From Eledone cirrhosa (lineage: Eukaryota): a DNA stretch of 64,000 nucleotides. This document shows positions 56,771 through 64,000 of the stretch, piece after piece. A program made the position numbers and the translations under genes. The notes beneath the pieces are model-generated. The model saw nothing but the letters and a program-made list of their open reading frames with translations, had not been told where the DNA came from and ran no database searches. The DNA lies in the NCBI GenBank assembly GCA_964016885.1, contig OZ024752.1, forward strand, positions 47,244,001 to 47,308,000, read 5' to 3'. Numbering within the stretch: the first letter of the stretch is position 1; the number at the start of each line of letters is the position of its first letter.

Positions 56771-57154
56771 GTATTTATTGATGTGAAGCATGGTGTAATG
56801 GTGTAATGCAAGACAAAATGTCTTGCTGTTTACAGACAGTTTCATATAAGAATGGTCTTGTTGGCAACACAAGGGTTATATTGGAATATTTTAAATACCA
56901 ATCGCTTGATAACAACAAATAAAAAAAAAAAATAATAATTAAAAATATTGTTAAATAAAACTGACTAAAAAATAAATCTTAAAAAATAAAAATTTAAATT
57001 TAAAAAAAAAAAAAAGAGATTAAAATCCCCCCCCCCCCCAAAAAAAAAACTGCAAAAAGATAAACGAAAATTTTTATACTAAGTTTGAAGATAGCATTAA
57101 GTAAATAAACCAAAAAATTTCTAATTGATCGCCATATTTAAAACAAATACACAC

Positions 57155-57209
<55 letters not shown>

Positions 57210-57318
57210 ATATGTATATATATATGTATGTATATATATATGTATATGTGTATATATATATATATACACATATATGTATGTATACACACACACATATATG
57301 TATATATACATGTATACA

Positions 57319-57390
<72 letters not shown>

Positions 57391-57548
57391 CATATATATA
57401 TACATATATACACACATGCATGTATATATATATATATATATATACATATATACACATATATGTATATGCATATATATATGTACACACAAACACACACCTA
57501 TATGTATATACATACATACATATATATATATATAAATAGTATCCTTAA

Positions 57549-57591
<43 letters not shown>

Positions 57592-57639
57592 TATATGTAT
57601 ATACATATATTTATATATGTACACTCACAGACACACACA

Positions 57640-57703
<64 letters not shown>

Positions 57704-57710
57704 TATATAC

Positions 57711-57760
<50 letters not shown>

Positions 57761-58529
57761 GTATATATGCATTTAGCCATACATACATCCTTGAGTCTGT
57801 TCTGCAATTGAGATTGTATGTTAAAACAGTTGCTGAGTAATAATCTCGTCTTCTCTCTCTACCTTTTTTCTTCTCTCTTCTTCCCTCCCTGTCTTACCCT
57901 ATCTCCTCACTCTCCCCCTACCCCTTTTCTTCTCTCTTCTTCCCTCTCTGTCTTACCCTATCTCCTCACTCTCCCCCCTCTCTATCTTCTGTATCTGTCT
58001 CAGTAAAACAGTAAAAATATATAAAAATTAAAATGTAATTTATTTCTGTTTCTTATGAAATCATGTTAGCATAAGGTTCTTCACTACTAACAAATATAAT
58101 AATTCACTATTCTAATAAATAAAATAAAATACTACCTGACTTATGAAACGATACTGTAAATAAATTGTATACACACCAGATTGAAGTCAAAGATGAATTT
58201 TTTTGAGTACCATTATATTGATTTTTATCCCCGGACTGCCATTTTCCTATAGAAAATTGGTAGAGGGCACACCGCGCTTGAGTAATAAGTCCTGTTGTAA
58301 TAGTAATTTGAACTTTTGTTCTCATGTTGGCAAAGTAGATCAAGGTGACCACACATGCTGAGACCTCTTGGCAACAGAGATGCTCGTTTTCTTTTGTTTT
58401 GGGACCAGTGGCACCACCTAGTCTGGAGAAAGTGGCTAACTAGAGTTTATCTAAGATAACCAGCTTTTTTATCTTATTCTGCTCTTGTCTCTTAAAGGAG
58501 ATATTACACATCCAGTTTAATAATATAAT

Positions 58530-59272
58530 AATAATGAAATTATTGTGTACAGTGCTCAGGTGCACTACAACTCATCAAAGGTGCATGTATAATACATAGA
58601 ATAATGTACAAATGTCAGGAAAGTGAATAGTGTATGAGTTATAAATAATAAATAATAATGAAATTATTGTGTAAAGTGCTCAGGTGCACTACAACTCATC
58701 AAAGGTACATGTATAGTACGTAGAATAATGTACAAATGTCAGGAAAGTGAACAGTGTAGGAGTCATGAAATACATGTGTGCGTGTGTATGGAGGGGGAAT
58801 ATTAGGTGTAGTGTTGGCGAATCTCAGGAAGCATGGAGGTTTTAAAGGGTGCAGTGTTCCGACAGCTAACAACTGATGCAGATAGTTTGTTCCATGGAGG
58901 TTTTAAAGGATGCAGTGTCTCGACAGCTAACAACTGATGCAGGTAGTTTGTTCCATGGAGGTTTTAAAGGATGCAGTGTCTCGACAGCTAACAACTGATG
59001 CAGGTAGTTTGTTCCATGGAGGTTTTAAAGGATGCAGTGTCTCGACAGCTAACAACTGATGCAGGTAGTTTGTTCCATGGAAGTTTTAAAGGGTGCAGTG
59101 TTCCGACAGCTAACAACTGATGCAGGTAGTTTGTTCCATGGAGGTTTTAAAAGATGCAGTGTCTCGGCAGCTAACAACTGATGCAGGTAGTTTGTTCCAT
59201 GCTTCAGCAACTCTGGGCGTGAAAAAATGTTTCGGAAAGTCATGGGAGCTGTGCTGTTTTCTGACTTTGTTG
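58530..59272 (-). mobile_element. CR1/L2-group LINE 3' end with ~6 copies of the 61-bp unit and a duplicated 3'UTR
   Basis: Reverse complement of the 15 kb element. Confidence 0.8.
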
Positions 59273-59681
59273 AGTTTGTTCCCGCAAGTAGAGAGATGTC
59301 GTCAATCAGACACTCTGGCCCTGTCGACAAGGACCAGCTAGCTTTATTCCTATTGACACTTCAACAAAAAAGTCAATTTTAACTTATATAATGCCTCAAC
59401 CATGGTTTCTTAAACTCAAGATACAATATCGAGAATTCCAAGACATTGAGATACCTACCTATTAGAGACAGCAAAAGTTATATATATATATAGAAAAAGG
59501 TATGACCCCGACGGCAGAGCTCAAGCCGTTTCGACGGCTATTTCTGGACTGAAATAGCCGTCGAAACGGCTTGAGCTCTGCCGTCGGGGTCATACCTTTT
59601 CCTATTTCCCACTCTACTACCCTAAGTATTGAGTACTCTGGTGCGTTATGGTCCATCTGGTTCCTTACCACATTTCCTTTG

Positions 59682-59754
<73 letters not shown>

Positions 59755-59932
59755 TGTATGTATACATATGTATGTATATATATGTATATATAATGAAGGA
59801 AGTGTGGTAAGGAACCAAGTGGACCATAACGCACCAGAGTACTTGATACTTTTGGTAGTAGAGTGGGTAATAGTTCAGAGCTAGCTGTCTAAATGACCGG
59901 AGCTCAGCCGTCAGGGTCCTGACTCTTTTCCC

Positions 59933-59966
<34 letters not shown>

Positions 59967-61361
59967 TATCATCATCATCATTTTATGTCCGCTTTTCCCT
60001 TCTTGCAAGGCTGGGATATGTCCTATTCAACACACCATCTCTCCATTTATCACAGTCCTTTGTCATCTCCTCCATGAGCTTCAGCAATCTGAGGTCAGCT
60101 CTCACCACCTCCGTCCATCATTTTCGTGTCTTCCTCTACTGTGTCTTCCTTCTACTGGGATTTCTTGGCACTTATTTACCCAGCAGTCATCCTCTATGTG
60201 CATCACATGTCCATATATATATTATAATGACTTGTATGGTGTTTTTTATTTAAGACCCGTTAAGTTATCTCAATAATCAACCAGGCCTGTTTTACCCTTC
60301 ATCTCTACTTTACCTATAACATGGAATGGACCTCCATTGATATTGATGATGAGTTTTCTAGTTGTTTGACCAACAGCACAGCCTGCTCATATAATTGACA
60401 TTACTCTCTATATACTATTGTATTTTCGTGGTAAAGGCTTTATCTCACATAATTATCTCACATAATATCGAATCTATGAGATTTTGATATTATTTATTTT
60501 GAGAACAACACCTTAACTGTCAGTACGAGAGGCTGGTTATGGCCAGTTTGAACAGAAAGAGGTGAGAGAATTCTGGCCGGATATGGCCAGTTTAAATGCT
60601 AAAGGGTTAAATTTTCCCCTTCCTTCACTTTTTTTTAGAATAGTAGGGTGTGATTTCTAGTAGATCAATCAATCACACAGCAGCTCTCTAATGCTCTCAT
60701 ATTGTGTTCCAGTTATTGACAAAGCTAGTTAAACTATACATACACACTGACTATTTGTCTGTAAATCTATCCCTCTATGGTTTATGTCTGTTTGTTTGTC
60801 TGTCTATCTATTTATCTATCAATGTCCACAAAAATATATTTGTTATACTTATTATAACCTGGTTAAAAAAAACTCTCCATCCCCACTGGCATTTCCATTT
60901 ACCTGAAACTAATTTCTTTTGTTTTCTATCAAAATTTTTCTTCTCGTTCTTAAAATTCAATTAATTTTTTTTCTTAAATTAAAAAAAAAAAACAAAAAAA
61001 AAAACGTTGTATAGTAATTGAAAGTTGAATGTAACTTGTTGAAACTAACTACTTCCTGTATTAAAGACAGCTATTTCCTCCACAGACTGACAGCTCGCAC
61101 AATGCCAGTGCTGGACACTGTTGTTCATCTCATCTACTAAAGGATTTTAACTTAATGAAAACTGTGCAGACAACAACAGAAAAGAAGAACGAAGAAAAGA
61201 TCTAGAGACAATGGTCGTTGTTGAAATGTATGACAAAAATATGACATTAAGTATGTCATATTGGTTGAGGTGATGACAGCCACACATAAATACTAGATTA
61301 GACTACCAGAAGATGAAAAAAAAAACAAACAAAAAAATTGACAAAAACTACCAATGTACTA

Positions 61362-61417
<56 letters not shown>

Positions 61418-61418
<1 letters not shown>

Positions 61419-62252
61419 TATTTAAATAACAGATTAAAGTTTAAGCAAAGAATCGCTGCTTTCACCCTTAACGGGATCTTCTGAGACTAGTATGTACGTA
61501 TCTGTTTGCGTGTATGTATTTATTTGTTTCTATTACTTCTGTATTGCATTTATTTACTTTGTTCTTAACTCTGTAGCGGAGATTCATTTGGTCTCCTAGT
61601 TAGAATTTTAGTCTACGACTTCTGCTATACCATTTACGTGGTTTTGTCTTTGCATGCTATTGTTCTCCACGCTCCACATATGACTTATCATCTTCGTTTT
61701 TTCGTTCATTGCCAGAGAACGTCTCTATGCACCACCTAAGAGAACATTAGTCTACGACCTCTTTTATACCATAAACATGGTTCTGTCTTTGCGCGTAATT
61801 GTTTTCACCGCTCCTATTAATGACGTATTATTCGTTTTTTCCCGTTCTTTGCCAGCGAACGTTACCACGAACCAAAGTATCGTCTTCCTGTCTTCCTCCG
61901 GTTGCAACGTTTTTTGAAATATCCAGTTCTGCGTTTAGAGATTGACTTTGTTAGTTTCAGAAGATCCCGTTAAGGGTGAAAGCAGCGATTCTTTGCTTAA
62001 ACTTTAATCTGTTATTTTAATAAATATTTGCTCTACGGTTCTTATATATTTGATATATATTTTCCTTATCGAGCCCTCTTTAGATTTTAGTCTTCAATTT
62101 TATTATTATTACTATATATATATAGTAATAATAATAAAATTGAAGACTAAAATCCAAAGAGGGCTCGATAAGGAAAATATATATCAAATATATAAGAACC
62201 GTAGAGCAAATATTTATTAAAATAACAGATTAAAGTTTAATCTGTTATTTTA

Positions 62253-62260
<8 letters not shown>
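61418..62260. mobile_element. (TA)n-embedded non-autonomous element with inverted ribozyme-bearing ends; shorter copies at 11562-11690, 50810-51012, 53460-53690
   Basis: Inverted partial end (61418-61488), ~460-bp body with two diverged ~140-bp direct repeats, full end (61953-62112), then another inverted end. Confidence 0.65.
61953..62003 (+). ncRNA. Variant hammerhead motif (CAGAAGA core); also at 50940-50989 and 53527-53576 (+) and at ~53483-53525 and ~61437-61490 (-)
   Basis: AGTTT-CAGAAGA-T CCC GTTAA GGG T-GAAA-GCA..TGC-TT-AAACT; all three helices can form. Confidence 0.6.
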
Positions 62261-62306
<46 letters not shown>

Positions 62307-62482
62307 CAAAGGAATTGTGGTAAGGAACCAGATGGACCATAATGCACCAGAGTACTCAATACTTAGGGTAGTAGAGCTCTGCCGTCGGGGTCTTACTTTT
62401 TCCTATATATATATGTATATATATATATATATATATGATAAAGAACACAAGAGCGTCTACAACATCAAAAGATTTTTATTGG

Positions 62483-62595
<113 letters not shown>

Positions 62596-63194
62596 ATATA
62601 TGTATGTATGTATATATGCTATTTTTTTTACTGGCTTCAGTCACTAGTTTGCACCCATGCTGGGGCACCACCTTGATTTAGCTGATTTAGATGCTCAGAG
62701 AGTGGGATTACAGACAGTTTGAACAGAAAGAGGTGAGAGAATTCTGGCTAGATATGGCCTGTTCAAATGCTAAAGGGTTAAACTGAATATAGAGGCACAG
62801 AACTTAGGACACGAGGCACAAGTACAAAAGTTCAAATTACACCGAGGTCAACTAAATTTTTCATACTTTGAGTACCAATAAAACAGGGTACCAGTCTGAT
62901 TGCTAACCTTATTATTAATAGCTGGTTATTCAGCTATTAATAATTGTTTCTACTTTAGGCACAAGGCCAGCAATTACCCAGTGCATAACTGGTACTTTAT
63001 TTTATCGACCCCATAAGGATGAAAGGCAAAGTCAACCTCGGCGGGATTTGAACTCAGATCGTAAAGGGACGTAACTATGCTGGAAAGCATGGCGTCCGAC
63101 CCTCCACCAATACTGCCAATCCACCGCCCTATTCAGCTATTAATAATAATATATATATAGGTTGGTTCCACAACCAGATAGTTGTTTATATATT

Positions 63195-63237
63195 GTCATA
63201 GTTCTTTCGTCACACACTCTGTGACCTCTTCAGTGAC
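63195..63237 (-). ncRNA. Minimal type I hammerhead motif
   Basis: GTCA-CTGAAGA-G-GTCACA GAGTG TGTGAC-GAAA-G AA C-TA-TGAC. Confidence 0.6.
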
Positions 63238-64000
63238 TGGGGATTCTTTTCTTTGTTTTTGTGCCTCTCCTTTGTTCTGTCCTACGCCATTTGGCGAGGA
63301 CAGAACAAAGGAGAGGCACAAAATATATATATACAGAATATATATATACTATTCTACAAACTAGCATCCAGATAGTTTTTCTCTTTTCATTGGCCTAAAT
63401 TCATCCATGTATACATACATGAAATTTGACCATACATACATATGTATGTATGTATGTGTATATGTCTGTATATATGAATGCATGCATTTGTATGTATGTA
63501 CATATCTATGTATGCATTTGTATGTATACATGTGTGTATATGTCTGTCTGTCTGTATGTATGAATCTATGTATGCATGTATGTATGTAAATGTGTATATG
63601 TAAGTATGTATGCATGCATGTAAGTGTGTGTATATATGTATGTCTGAATGTCTGAATGCATTTGTATGTAAATATGTATGAATATATATATATGTATATA
63701 TGTATGTACATATGTATATATGTATGTACATATGTAAGTATATATATATATATATGCATGTATGTATGTATATATGTATGTATATATGCATGTATATAAG
63801 TATATATATCTGTATATATATATATTCACATACATACGTATGTATGTATGCCTATATATATACGTATGTATATATATACATACATACGTACATACGTACA
63901 TACGTACATACGTATGTATATATATATATATATATATATATGAATGTAAATATGTATTTATGTATGTATATATATATATATATATACATACATACGTATG

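Overview
AT-rich eukaryotic DNA saturated with microsatellites and transposons; the repeat families and gene structure look like an octopod/coleoid cephalopod (inference). Two spliced genes lie on the minus strand. (1) NIT1 (deaminated-glutathione amidase, nitrilase family) has exons 9834-9871, 2772-2958, 1245-1400 and 470-664 and runs off the left edge. Its distal first exon encodes a mitochondrial-presequence-like peptide, and a U12-type donor (GTATCCTTT) sits just before the expected catalytic Cys codon. (2) The last three coding exons of FUZ/fuzzy are at 27203-27301, 25889-26021 and 25230-25287; I found no upstream FUZ exons in the window. The rest is tRNA-derived SINEs, fragments of RTE, CR1, CRE-like and Penelope-like retroelements, piggyBac, hAT and Tc1-type MITEs, and many tandem arrays seeded inside those elements. 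The most striking unannotated signal is about a dozen type I hammerhead ribozyme motifs from several unrelated small families, mostly next to (TA)n tracts. One family has a non-canonical CAGAAGA core, and several copies are fold-back palindromes whose turn-around points coincide with hammerhead helices. Nearly all long ORFs in the supplied track are microsatellite artefacts.
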